From a delta proteobacterium MLS_D (lineage in GTDB: Bacteria; Desulfobacterota; Syntrophia; Syntrophales; UBA2210): a DNA stretch of 64,000 nucleotides. The stretch spans positions 35,470 through 99,469 of the forward strand of contig LQBH01000057.1 in assembly GCA_002030015.1 (NCBI GenBank), given 5' to 3'. Both the position numbers and the translations under genes were made by a program. This document shows positions 18,555-26,631 of this stretch, piece after piece. The notes below the pieces were generated by a model. The model was not told the DNA's origin, did not search any database, and was given only the letters and a program-made list of their open reading frames with translations. How positions within the stretch are numbered: position 1 is the first letter of the stretch; the number at the start of each line of letters is the position of its first letter.

Positions 18555-20038
18555 ACCGGTTTCTCCCAGGATGTGAAAAAGGCGGGCCTCAGGGGATCCC
18601 ACCGGCCGACCAGGCGGTCGAAACAGGGATGCGAATAAGTTTCCTTAAAAATCCGATAATAATACAGCTCCTCCACCGATGAAAGGAGCGGGTTCCCCGG
18701 ACGCCGGTTGAATGCTTCAAGTTCCGCCTCGCTGACATTCTGCTCCGCCATGCGGCGCATCACCGACGATACGCCCGATCCCTGCGAGAAAAATCGTTTC
18801 GTCTGGTAGATGAGATGCTCGGGAAGACTATCTTCAAAGGCATCCCGAAGAATCCATTTCCCCACCTCATCGGCGCCGTGAATTTTATATTCCAGTGGAA
18901 TTTTCAGGGCAAAATCCATAACAGCCGCATCAAGAAAGGGCATCCGACTTTCTACGCCGTTGGCCGCGTTGAGACGGTCGAGTCGTTGTAATGCCGTGTT
19001 GTGGGCCACGTTGACGAGACTGTTCACGATAGCCGACCGTTCTTCGGGATTTTCAGCCACCCGGTACTGGCCGTCGTAGCCGGCAAAATATTCATCGGCG
19101 CCTTCGCCGGAAAGCACGCACGTCGCTTTGCCCCGAATAAAACGTCCCGCCAGGAAATTCGCTATGGCACCGTGAATACAGCTTTCTTCAAACATTTCCT
19201 GGTGGTAAATCGCCTCCCGAAGCACGCCGGCGATTTCCTGCTCGTCAAACATGTACACATGATGTTTCAGCCCGAGAAATTCCGTCACGTCGCGGGCAAG
19301 TGGAAGATCGGCGGCCCCTTCCATACTGACGGTGTAACATTCGATGTCCGGGTCTATCCGTGCGGCTATCGCGGTAATGATGCTGCTGTCCAGTCCGCCG
19401 CTGAGCAGGACGCCCGTTACCGCTCCGTCGCTCATGCGTTTTTCAACGGCCTTTTCCAGCAACGCCCGCACGACCCTTTTCGCCTGGTCGTAGGATTCAC
19501 ATTCCGGCGTGTCCACCGCCTTAGAGAAAAACCGGCGGAAACCTCCTTCCCTCGAATAGACATGTCCCGGCGGAAACTCCCGCACGTCGACGGATATGCC
19601 CGCGAAAGCCTTTGCCTCGGAAGCAAAGCACAGGTTTCCCGCCTTGTCATGCCCGTAGTAAAGCGGCTTGATACCCGCCTCGTCCCGGGCGAGTATCAGC
19701 GTGTCATCGTGTGCGACGGCACAAGCGAAATCACCATCGATGTGTCCGGCGAAATTGCGTCCGAACCGTTCGTACAGATCCAGCACCGCCTCCGCATCGG
19801 ACAGGTGACGAAGGTCTTTGTTATAAACCCGGCCGTCCATGACGACGACGGTTTCCCCCCGCATCGCACGATGGGTGCCCGGGGGGTTCTCACCACCCGC
19901 GTGTAGTTCCCGAATACCCAGGCGCACCGAACCTTGCTCACCTTTCCAGACGCCTCCGAGACCGCGGTGCCTGATCGCCTCAAGCAAACGGTCGACAGGA
20001 GAACCGTCATTCCCGATCATACCGGCAATTCCCGACAT
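18545..20038 (-). CDS. Asparagine synthase (AsnB)-like amidotransferase with Ser instead of the N-terminal Cys nucleophile
   Basis: 497 aa with a class-II GATase-like N-terminal domain and a synthetase domain carrying the PP-loop LSGGLDSS. The start is ATG TCG (MSGIAG), preceded by AAAGGAGG. The 3' end overlaps the convergent ABC-F gene by 10 nt. Confidence 0.8.
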   Translation of the reverse strand: MSGIAGMIGNDGSPVDRLLEAIRHRGLGGVWKGEQGSVRLGIRELHAGGENPPGTHRAMRGETVVVMDGRVYNKDLRHLSDAEAVLDLYERFGRNFAGHIDGDFACAVAHDDTLILARDEAGIKPLYYGHDKAGNLCFASEAKAFAGISVDVREFPPGHVYSREGGFRRFFSKAVDTPECESYDQAKRVVRALLEKAVEKRMSDGAVTGVLLSGGLDSSIITAIAARIDPDIECYTVSMEGAADLPLARDVTEFLGLKHHVYMFDEQEIAGVLREAIYHQEMFEESCIHGAIANFLAGRFIRGKATCVLSGEGADEYFAGYDGQYRVAENPEERSAIVNSLVNVAHNTALQRLDRLNAANGVESRMPFLDAAVMDFALKIPLEYKIHGADEVGKWILRDAFEDSLPEHLIYQTKRFFSQGSGVSSVMRRMAEQNVSEAELEAFNRRPGNPLLSSVEELYYYRIFKETYSHPCFDRLVGRWDPLRPAFFTSWEKPVYE

Positions 20039-20102
20039 TCCGCCTCCTTTCCCTGCTCTGTTGCAATCGCGCGACGACGAACCCTTTCACTGCGATTCTC
20101 CC

Positions 20103-20783
20103 TCATACCACGCTCATTGATTCCAGTATTCTAACCGCTTCAAAACCATCGGAGCAATACGCGTCCGCTCCGATTGCCTCAGCGTATTCCTTTGAAACGG
20201 CGGCGCCGCCTACGAAAATCTTTACCTGCTCGCGCAGGCCGGCGGCGTTGAGCGCTGTCACAACCTCGCCCATGACGAGCATGGTGGTGGTAAGCAACGC
20301 CGACAGTCCGAGGAACGCCGGCTTGTGTTCCCGGACATAGTCCACTATTTTGTCTGTGGGCACGTCGATGCCCAGGTCGACTACCTCGTATCCCGCCCCC
20401 TTTACGAGGATGGAAACAATGTTTTTCCCGATATCGTGTATATCCCCTTTCACGGTGGCGATAGCAAAGGTTCCCTTCGGCTTGACGTCGGTCCCGGCCA
20501 GAAGCGGTTTCAAAATGTCCATGGCCTCGCTCACGGCTTCGGCCGACGCCAGCATGTCGGGAACGTAGTACTCACCGGCGTTGAATTTCTCCCCCACGAT
20601 TTCCATACCTGCCGTCAGCCCACCCGTAATGATGTCCTGAGGCGGTATGTGTTCGTCAATCGCCCGCTGCGTCAATTCGACCACGCCTGGACCGGTAACG
20701 GTATCATCGACCCCTTCATCTTCACCGGTCATGCGGCCCTGGATGACATTTTCCTTGAGCATGGCAATAATATCGTCACTCAT
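20103..20783 (-). CDS. Methyltransferase-cognate corrinoid protein (B12-binding cap + Rossmann domain)
   Basis: 226 aa with the DxHxxG motif (GDIHDIGKN), SALLTT and GGA blocks typical of MtgC/MttC-type proteins. A GGGAG RBS is present. Confidence 0.85.
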   Translation of the reverse strand: MSDDIIAMLKENVIQGRMTGEDEGVDDTVTGPGVVELTQRAIDEHIPPQDIITGGLTAGMEIVGEKFNAGEYYVPDMLASAEAVSEAMDILKPLLAGTDVKPKGTFAIATVKGDIHDIGKNIVSILVKGAGYEVVDLGIDVPTDKIVDYVREHKPAFLGLSALLTTTMLVMGEVVTALNAAGLREQVKIFVGGAAVSKEYAEAIGADAYCSDGFEAVRILESMSVV

Positions 20784-20835
20784 GACAAACTCCCTTCTTT
20801 ATCAGCGGCGCCGGGATAATTGTTCCGCGCACCGG

Positions 20836-22377
20836 TTACGATTCACCATCCCGCTCCGAAGGATGAAGCCGCGGCAGCAATCCCGGAATATCCCGGAAAA
20901 CCCGCTCGGCGGTTTCGCGTTCAATGTGATTGACCGGACGGGACAGCAATTCTTCCATCCGCTGCTGCGCCTTGAAAAATACCTCGTCCTCATTCCCTTC
21001 ATAGGGATAGGGAGACGACAGCAATCCTTTTCGAAGAACCCTGCGGACATATCGAATGAACAGCTTGTGTGGTGAAGCGAGTACTTCCCGAATCTGGCGG
21101 GCCATGGTTTCCAGTTCATCTCCGTCCAGCCGGGGTCCCTGAAAGAAATATTTAATCATACTGAAATGAGTGTCGTCGATGACCGCCTGGAGCGGCGAGA
21201 ATGCGGCGTTGCAGTCCAGAAGCCCGTAGGCGCAGTGCAGATACTGGGGACCGCTGAGGGTGACCAGTATGTTTGAAAACAGCCGTTCAACCGTGGACTG
21301 CTGCCCCGGAAATGCCGGGTCGCAGACGCCGGAGGTGGAGTAGTTGGGAATACCGTAGTAACGCGCCAGCTGTGTGCAGTCGATCGTGTACTGACTCGTC
21401 TCGACGGCGCCGTATGAATCGGCGAGATTGTCCATGCGGGTTCTCACGGGGACCGTGCCGTATAGGATGGGCGTCCCCGGATTGACCAGCTGTCCCAGAA
21501 CGATGCCGGCAAGCACTTCGGCGTTGATCTGGGCGATGATGCCCGCTTCGTGAATAGGCGCGGTGGTTCCGGCCTGCGGGGATGACGACACTGCCACGGG
21601 TATGCCCCGACGGCAGATGTCGATAAACGATCCCGTCGTCTCATCGACAAACTGGAGCGGACTTTTCACCAGGCAGGTGATGAATGACAGGATCGGATTT
21701 TCTTGCAGTTTCTCGTCGTCACCGGCGATGATCGAGGCCATGGCCAGCACGGTATCGAGTTGATCCGGTTTTGTAAGACCAACCATCACATGTTTTGTCG
21801 TATTATCGAGGCTGGCGTAGACCTTGTTGACATCCTTGATGTCTTCGGTGATGTCGGCGTCCTGAATATTGACGTTGCGGATGAACCCGTCCAGCGTTTC
21901 CAGGTGTTCCGAGAGACGGGCCGACAGACACAAGTCGGCCAGCATGCCTCTGCGCGGTTTGAATTCGGCGACCCTGATTTCCTTCACCGGATCGGACTTT
22001 TTCACGTAGATGGGAAATTCAGCGTCGACCCAGGTATTCGCCTCGGAACCGGTCACGAAATACACCCGCGGTTCCCTTCCGTCCATTACCAAGGCGTTTT
22101 CGGAGTTCCTGGCCCCGAGCGTAATAACGGCGGGAGCCGACTGCAGACCCCGCTCGACAACTCCCGGTGGAATTTTCACGGTCCGGTAAGGCGGGGGACC
22201 CTGCATGAGGACCGAAACGTCGGCGCCGGCTTCGGCGAAAATCGACGCCGCCTCGTCGTTATAACAGACAAGACCGGGGTCGCTCAGAATGGCCAGCGAC
22301 GCCCGGTGAATATCGTCGATCTGCTTCCGTGACAGACGTTCCAACGGCGCCGGTATCAGCAGTCCCTGTCGCGGCAT
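20836..22377 (-). CDS. MttB-superfamily methyltransferase, non-pyrrolysine type (paralog 1, 513 aa)
   Basis: The N-terminus (LSRKQIDDIHRASLAILSDPGL) and the RRGIPV and NPGTPILYG blocks are typical of the family. The ORF is uninterrupted with no in-frame TAG. A GGGAGG RBS is present. Confidence 0.85.
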   Translation of the reverse strand: MPRQGLLIPAPLERLSRKQIDDIHRASLAILSDPGLVCYNDEAASIFAEAGADVSVLMQGPPPYRTVKIPPGVVERGLQSAPAVITLGARNSENALVMDGREPRVYFVTGSEANTWVDAEFPIYVKKSDPVKEIRVAEFKPRRGMLADLCLSARLSEHLETLDGFIRNVNIQDADITEDIKDVNKVYASLDNTTKHVMVGLTKPDQLDTVLAMASIIAGDDEKLQENPILSFITCLVKSPLQFVDETTGSFIDICRRGIPVAVSSSPQAGTTAPIHEAGIIAQINAEVLAGIVLGQLVNPGTPILYGTVPVRTRMDNLADSYGAVETSQYTIDCTQLARYYGIPNYSTSGVCDPAFPGQQSTVERLFSNILVTLSGPQYLHCAYGLLDCNAAFSPLQAVIDDTHFSMIKYFFQGPRLDGDELETMARQIREVLASPHKLFIRYVRRVLRKGLLSSPYPYEGNEDEVFFKAQQRMEELLSRPVNHIERETAERVFRDIPGLLPRLHPSERDGES

Positions 22378-22405
22378 AGTGCTTTTCCTCCCTGTTTTCA
22401 GTCGT

Positions 22406-23203
22406 TTATTGCACCAGTTCTCCCCTGCGATAGGACCTGATGAAGCGTTTACAGCGACTATCCCGGCCGGTCAGGAGATCGGCCGTGGCGACAAGCGTCA
22501 TCAGCCGCTTGTCCAGGGGATTGAGAATCGCGGCGTCAAGTCCGGCCGCGGCAGCCATCAGCAGAAAAGCCCGGTTCACAATGCCCCGTGCCGGCAGCCC
22601 GTAAGAAATATTACTGAGTCCCATGACCGTTCCGGCCGCGGGATAACGCTTTTGCAGGGCCTCGATTGTTTTCAGAGTTACCCCCGCCTGGATCGAATCC
22701 ACCGAAACGGGCAGTACCAGGGGATCGAAGAATATCCGTTCTTCCGCTATGCCATGATCCGCGAGGGCCTTGACGATAACGTCCGCGGCCCGGACGCGCT
22801 CTTCAACCGTCCGCGGGATGCCGCCTTCGTCCATAACGAGAGCGATGACACAGGCGTCATTGCGGGCCGCGAGAGAACCCACCATCTTCAGTCGATCGGG
22901 TTCTGCGTTCACGGAATTTATCATCACTCTGTCGCCGCGGTACACTTCGAGCCCCGCCCGGAGCACTGACGGATCATCGCTGTCCAGGCACAGCGGTTTA
23001 TTCGTGGCCGACCGGACCACGTCCACGAGCCAGCGCATGGTGGCCGCGCCTTCTCCTCCTTCTCCCGCGTTGACGTCAATGTAATCCGCCCCGGCGGTGT
23101 CCTGTTTTCCGGCCAGGTCCGCAAGAAAAGACTCGTCCCTGCGGCCGATCGCGTCGCGGACCGAGGGGATGGAAGCATTGATTTTTTCACCGATTATGAT
23201 CAT
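22406..23203 (-). CDS. Methyltetrahydrofolate:corrinoid methyltransferase (pterin-binding, MtgA/AcsE-like)
   Basis: 265 aa beginning MIIIGEKINASIPSVRDAI, with ADYIDVNAG, INSVN and GLSNISYGLP blocks of the pterin-binding (DHPS-like) fold. A strong AAGGAG RBS is present. Confidence 0.8.
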   Translation of the reverse strand: MIIIGEKINASIPSVRDAIGRRDESFLADLAGKQDTAGADYIDVNAGEGGEGAATMRWLVDVVRSATNKPLCLDSDDPSVLRAGLEVYRGDRVMINSVNAEPDRLKMVGSLAARNDACVIALVMDEGGIPRTVEERVRAADVIVKALADHGIAEERIFFDPLVLPVSVDSIQAGVTLKTIEALQKRYPAAGTVMGLSNISYGLPARGIVNRAFLLMAAAAGLDAAILNPLDKRLMTLVATADLLTGRDSRCKRFIRSYRRGELVQ

Positions 23204-23221
23204 ACCGGTCTCCTTTCTCCG

Positions 23222-24667
23222 CTACAGTGATCTCAAGCCGGGAATTTCATCCATGATCCGACGCGCCGCAGCGTCGGGGATATACCGCTTCGGTTGTTCG
23301 GCCAGGAATGCCCTGACCGTGTCGGCCGCGCGTGCCCGTGCGTCCTTCGATCCTCGCTGTTCCCATTGTCTGCGATCATCCCGGTCGCTCAATCCGGGCA
23401 GAAACCGTTCATTGCGCATGAGCTTCCGTGTATGCGGCTGCGCCACGTAATGGCCGCCGGGACCGACATTTTTTATAATATCGAAGGCAAGTGACTCATC
23501 GTCCACTCGAATGCCCTCCACGGCACGCATGACCATGCCGATGATATCGTTATCGATGACGAGCTTTTCGTACGACGCGGTCAGGCAGAACTCGATGAAC
23601 CCCGCGGCGTCGTGAATGAAATTACCGCCCGCGAGAGCCACCATGACGGAACTCACCGCTGATTCATAGCCCGCTTGCGCGTCCGCGGTCTTAGCGTCGG
23701 TCATGCCCGCCGTGGCATAGTAGGGAAGCCGGTAGTGCTGGGCCATCTGTGCCGCCGCGGCATTGAGAAGTCCCATTTCAACGGCGCCCGAAAGATATTT
23801 CATGTCACGCAGGTCCGCGACCGACGCGACGCTGCCGTAGATCACGGGCGTTCCGGGATTCGCCAGCTGGGCAAGCATGACCCCGGCCAGGGTGTCGACG
23901 TTCTGTATGACAAGCGTTCCGGCCAGCGTTATCGGTGCCGTGGCTCCGCTGAGCGGCTCGGAGGGAACCACGACAGGAATGCCCCGCCGGGCGATCTCGA
24001 TGGTGAGACCCGAATAGTGCATGTCCAGTCTGAGGGGACTGACAACGCAGGCTACCATAGAAATGAAAGGCCTCTCCCGCAACGGTTCGGCGCCGCCGGC
24101 GACATGTTCGGCCATGCGGATCACCCGTTCCACGCCTTCAAACGTATACACTCCTCCCATGACATGTTTCCGGGTATACGTGAGGGCCGCGTAAAAACGA
24201 TTGGCGTCCACCTCCTCGGCGGCAAGATCGTTCGGGTACACGTTCAGCATGTAAAAATCGATGTGTTCCAGCCTGTCCACGAGCCGGGCCATAGACACCA
24301 CGTCTTCAAGGACGGACGGTCTCGGTCGGTCGGCTCCCGGCTCAAGCACGTTGAGCGCCGTACCTCCCGTACCCAGGTACACATTCCGCCCGCCGACGTG
24401 ACAATCGAGATCGCCGCTTTCATCCCTGCCGCAGAGACTGACGACGGACGGAGCGCCGCCGATGAGTCGTTCCGCCAGGGAGGCCGGTATTTTCAGAACA
24501 TGACCGTCGGCCGCCCGGGCACCGGCGTCGAGAAAGAGCCTCCTCGCCTCCGGAAGCCGAACCTCGATGCCCACTTCTTCAAAAACGCGGAGGGACGTTT
24601 CATGGATTCGCGACACGGCATCGTCAGACAGCGGTCTGTAGGACCCCCCTTCGCGTGTTTCCTTCAT
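23222..24667 (-). CDS. MttB-superfamily methyltransferase, non-pyrrolysine type (paralog 2, 481 aa)
   Basis: The LSDDAVSRIHETSLRVFEEVGI N-terminus and the RRGIPV and NPGTPVIYG blocks are present. The ORF is uninterrupted. Its ATG overlaps the metF stop (ATGA at 24664-24667). Confidence 0.85.
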   Translation of the reverse strand: MKETREGGSYRPLSDDAVSRIHETSLRVFEEVGIEVRLPEARRLFLDAGARAADGHVLKIPASLAERLIGGAPSVVSLCGRDESGDLDCHVGGRNVYLGTGGTALNVLEPGADRPRPSVLEDVVSMARLVDRLEHIDFYMLNVYPNDLAAEEVDANRFYAALTYTRKHVMGGVYTFEGVERVIRMAEHVAGGAEPLRERPFISMVACVVSPLRLDMHYSGLTIEIARRGIPVVVPSEPLSGATAPITLAGTLVIQNVDTLAGVMLAQLANPGTPVIYGSVASVADLRDMKYLSGAVEMGLLNAAAAQMAQHYRLPYYATAGMTDAKTADAQAGYESAVSSVMVALAGGNFIHDAAGFIEFCLTASYEKLVIDNDIIGMVMRAVEGIRVDDESLAFDIIKNVGPGGHYVAQPHTRKLMRNERFLPGLSDRDDRRQWEQRGSKDARARAADTVRAFLAEQPKRYIPDAAARRIMDEIPGLRSL

Positions 24668-25545
24668 ATGTTATTTCTCCCGGGCAGTGATATGCCGTTC
24701 AGAATTTCCTCCACGGGTCCGCTCCGGTTCATACTGTAGAAATGAAGTCCCGGGACACCGTGTTGCAAAAGGTCCTCGGTCTGCCGAACGGCATAGTCGA
24801 TACCCCGGCGTGCCACCTCGCCGTCGTCGTCCCGCACGGGATCTATCCGTTCACGCAGTTCCCGGGGCAGTGTCGCGCCGCAGAGAGATACGATTTTGCT
24901 TATCTGGCGATAGTTTATCACGGGGAAAATACCGGGAACGAGCGGCACGTTCACACCCGCCCTGTCAGCCGCGTCACGGAACCGGTAAAAATCCTCGTTG
25001 CGGTAAAACAGCTGTGTTATGACGAAATCGGAACCAGCGTCAATCTTGCGTTTCAGGTGATCGATATCCGCCTCAAAACTCTCAGCTTCCTGATGTCCCT
25101 CGGGATATCCCGCAACGCCCACGCAGAACCAGTTGTAGGAACGAATGAAATCAACCAGCTCACAGGCGTAGCCGAACCCGTCCTTCGGCCTGGTAAAGGA
25201 TGTTTCTCCCGCCGGCGGATCTCCCCGAAGCGCAAGGATGTTCTGCACGCCCTTGTCCCGTAATTCCCGAAGAATACCGTCTATCTGTTCTCTGTCAGCG
25301 CCCACGCAGGTCAAGTGAGCCAGCACCTCCACGGAAGCTTTTTCCTTGAGAAGCGAGGCTATCTCGACGGACATGTCACGCGTACCGCCCCCGGCGCCAT
25401 ACGTCACGGATATGAAGTGCGGATCGAGCTCCGCAAGGCGGTCTATCACGGGAACGAGACGGTCGATGGTACCGTCCCTGACGGGCGGAAAAACCTCAAA
25501 GGAAAGCACGCATGGGTCTGTTGCAAAGAAATCCCTAATTTTCAC
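24664..25545 (-). CDS. metF: 5,10-methylenetetrahydrofolate reductase
   Basis: MetF-like blocks include SFEVFPP, ISVTYGAGG and a C-terminal HFYSMN. I prefer the GTG at 25545 (VKIRDFF), preceded by AAAGGAGA. The maximal ORF to 25695 would overlap the upstream gene by 160 nt. Confidence 0.85.
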   Translation of the reverse strand: MKIRDFFATDPCVLSFEVFPPVRDGTIDRLVPVIDRLAELDPHFISVTYGAGGGTRDMSVEIASLLKEKASVEVLAHLTCVGADREQIDGILRELRDKGVQNILALRGDPPAGETSFTRPKDGFGYACELVDFIRSYNWFCVGVAGYPEGHQEAESFEADIDHLKRKIDAGSDFVITQLFYRNEDFYRFRDAADRAGVNVPLVPGIFPVINYRQISKIVSLCGATLPRELRERIDPVRDDDGEVARRGIDYAVRQTEDLLQHGVPGLHFYSMNRSGPVEEILNGISLPGRNNI

Positions 25546-26356
25546 GGCCCGTCGTCTCCTTTCCCCCGGTACGGCGACCAGGGCCGTTACCTCGGAAAAG
25601 GTAGGACGGGATCGAACGCCGTTCGGGACAATGTCGTCGGTCGCACCGGGTGCAGGGATTCTTGAGGACGTGACGGGTCCTCCGGCTTCCGTCAAGAATG
25701 CCGAATATACCTGAAATGGATTTCCGCGGTCTCATAAGCAGTGACGGGCTCAGGGACACGCCGATACGCTTCGTGTCAACCAGTGAAAAGAGTTTCCTTT
25801 GTTCCGCCAGCGACCAGTCGCAGTAACCGGGACTGAAACGCATGGTTACTCCTCTGCCCTTCCTGCCGAAGCGTTCCGCCATTTCCCGGTGAAAGGCGGT
25901 AACCACCGCCTCGATCGCCAGTGAACCGACACGATCAAGCAGGTACACGCCGGACAGGCGCTGCTCCGATGTCAATCGCTCGATTTCACAGTCAAGCACA
26001 GGACCGATGGTGGCGACAAAACAAACGGCCTGCGGGCAATCTTCAAGCACCCAGGCCAGTTTACTGCTGGTCAAACTTACGCCGTTTTCAAGTCTCACCG
26101 TCGCACCATCGTCGCCTTCCACTGATCTGATGGTAAAACTGAGACGAGGATGAATCAGTTCATTGAACGGGTGGTCTCCCGCGTCAGCGCCCTCCCGCAG
26201 AATGCGCTGCAGGCGTCGACCGTGTCTTCCGCCGACGAGACGGGACCACTCACGCCGTTCACCGTCGTCAAGATCATCAAACGAATCAACGATGTTTTCG
26301 AAAGAAAACAGCTGCTCCATAACCATCACGCGTAACAGGGGGAATAAAGGTTTCAC
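25535..26356 (-). CDS. MetH activation (AdoMet-binding reactivation) domain-like protein
   Basis: The blocks RFSPGYCDWSLAEQRKLFSLVD and LMRPRKSISGIFGI resemble the methionine synthase C-terminal activation domain. The C-terminus has a CxxCxxxxC motif. The start is uncertain: GTG at 26356, or ATG at 26326 or 26320. Confidence 0.65.
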   Translation of the reverse strand: MKPLFPLLRVMVMEQLFSFENIVDSFDDLDDGERREWSRLVGGRHGRRLQRILREGADAGDHPFNELIHPRLSFTIRSVEGDDGATVRLENGVSLTSSKLAWVLEDCPQAVCFVATIGPVLDCEIERLTSEQRLSGVYLLDRVGSLAIEAVVTAFHREMAERFGRKGRGVTMRFSPGYCDWSLAEQRKLFSLVDTKRIGVSLSPSLLMRPRKSISGIFGILDGSRRTRHVLKNPCTRCDRRHCPERRSIPSYLFRGNGPGRRTGGKETTGREN

Positions 26357-26388
26357 GTATAATAATTATACCTGAAACCTATATCAGG
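26357..26388. promoter_or_regulatory. Two adjacent palindromes immediately upstream of the corrinoid operon (candidate MarR operator / promoter)
   Basis: GTATAAT-A-ATTATAC lies at 26357-26371 and CCTGA-N8-TCAGG at 26371-26388. On the minus strand, perfect TTGACA (26404-26399) and TATAAT (26370-26365) hexamers are present but 28 nt apart. Confidence 0.35.
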
Positions 26389-26631
26389 AAAAGCGCCTTG
26401 TCAAGAAAAGCCGGCTATCTTATTAATATAATGGCAGATTATCGTAAATGGTCGCACGCACGGGTGAAAGTGTCTCGGCCTGGCTGAATGGCTTAGCGAA
26501 TGTCTGTTGTGTGATGGCTCCGGGCAATGACTGCCCGTCCCCGGCGTGGTCACGGAAAGACCTGTCGGCTGACCCGAAAAAGGCGCAAGCGAGGCGCTCA
26601 CGCGGTGCCGGCGGGCGAAAACTGCGAAGGG

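Noticed and set aside
20836-24667. Pyrrolysine (in-frame TAG) in the MttB-family genes.
   Set aside because: Both ORFs (513 and 481 aa) are continuous from an RBS-supported ATG to the stop, with no internal TAG. No pyl genes are in the window. They therefore belong to the non-Pyl branch.
25546-25695. A 50-aa N-terminal extension of MetF given by the ORF track (MTEAGGPVTSS...).
   Set aside because: It would overlap the upstream activation-domain gene by 160 nt. It is Pro/Arg/Gly-rich and not MetF-like. The GTG at 25545 has a good AAAGGAGA RBS and gives a family-typical N-terminus. Similar over-extended starts were trimmed for def, the M29 aminopeptidase, the PHP protein, amidase, the NMO-family protein, ABC-F, kdsB, Fe-ADH, dnaN, gyrA, the ferritin-like protein and pfk.
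26400-26631. A possible cobalamin riboswitch in the 275-nt region between marR and the corrinoid operon. The minus strand contains AGCCAGGCCGAGAC, which is vaguely B12-box-like.
   Set aside because: The conserved riboswitch core (GGGAA..GGTG.AA.TCC and a proper B12 box of the AGYCMGGAGACCKGCC type) is not present. The segment also lies upstream of the likely promoter hexamers rather than in the leader.
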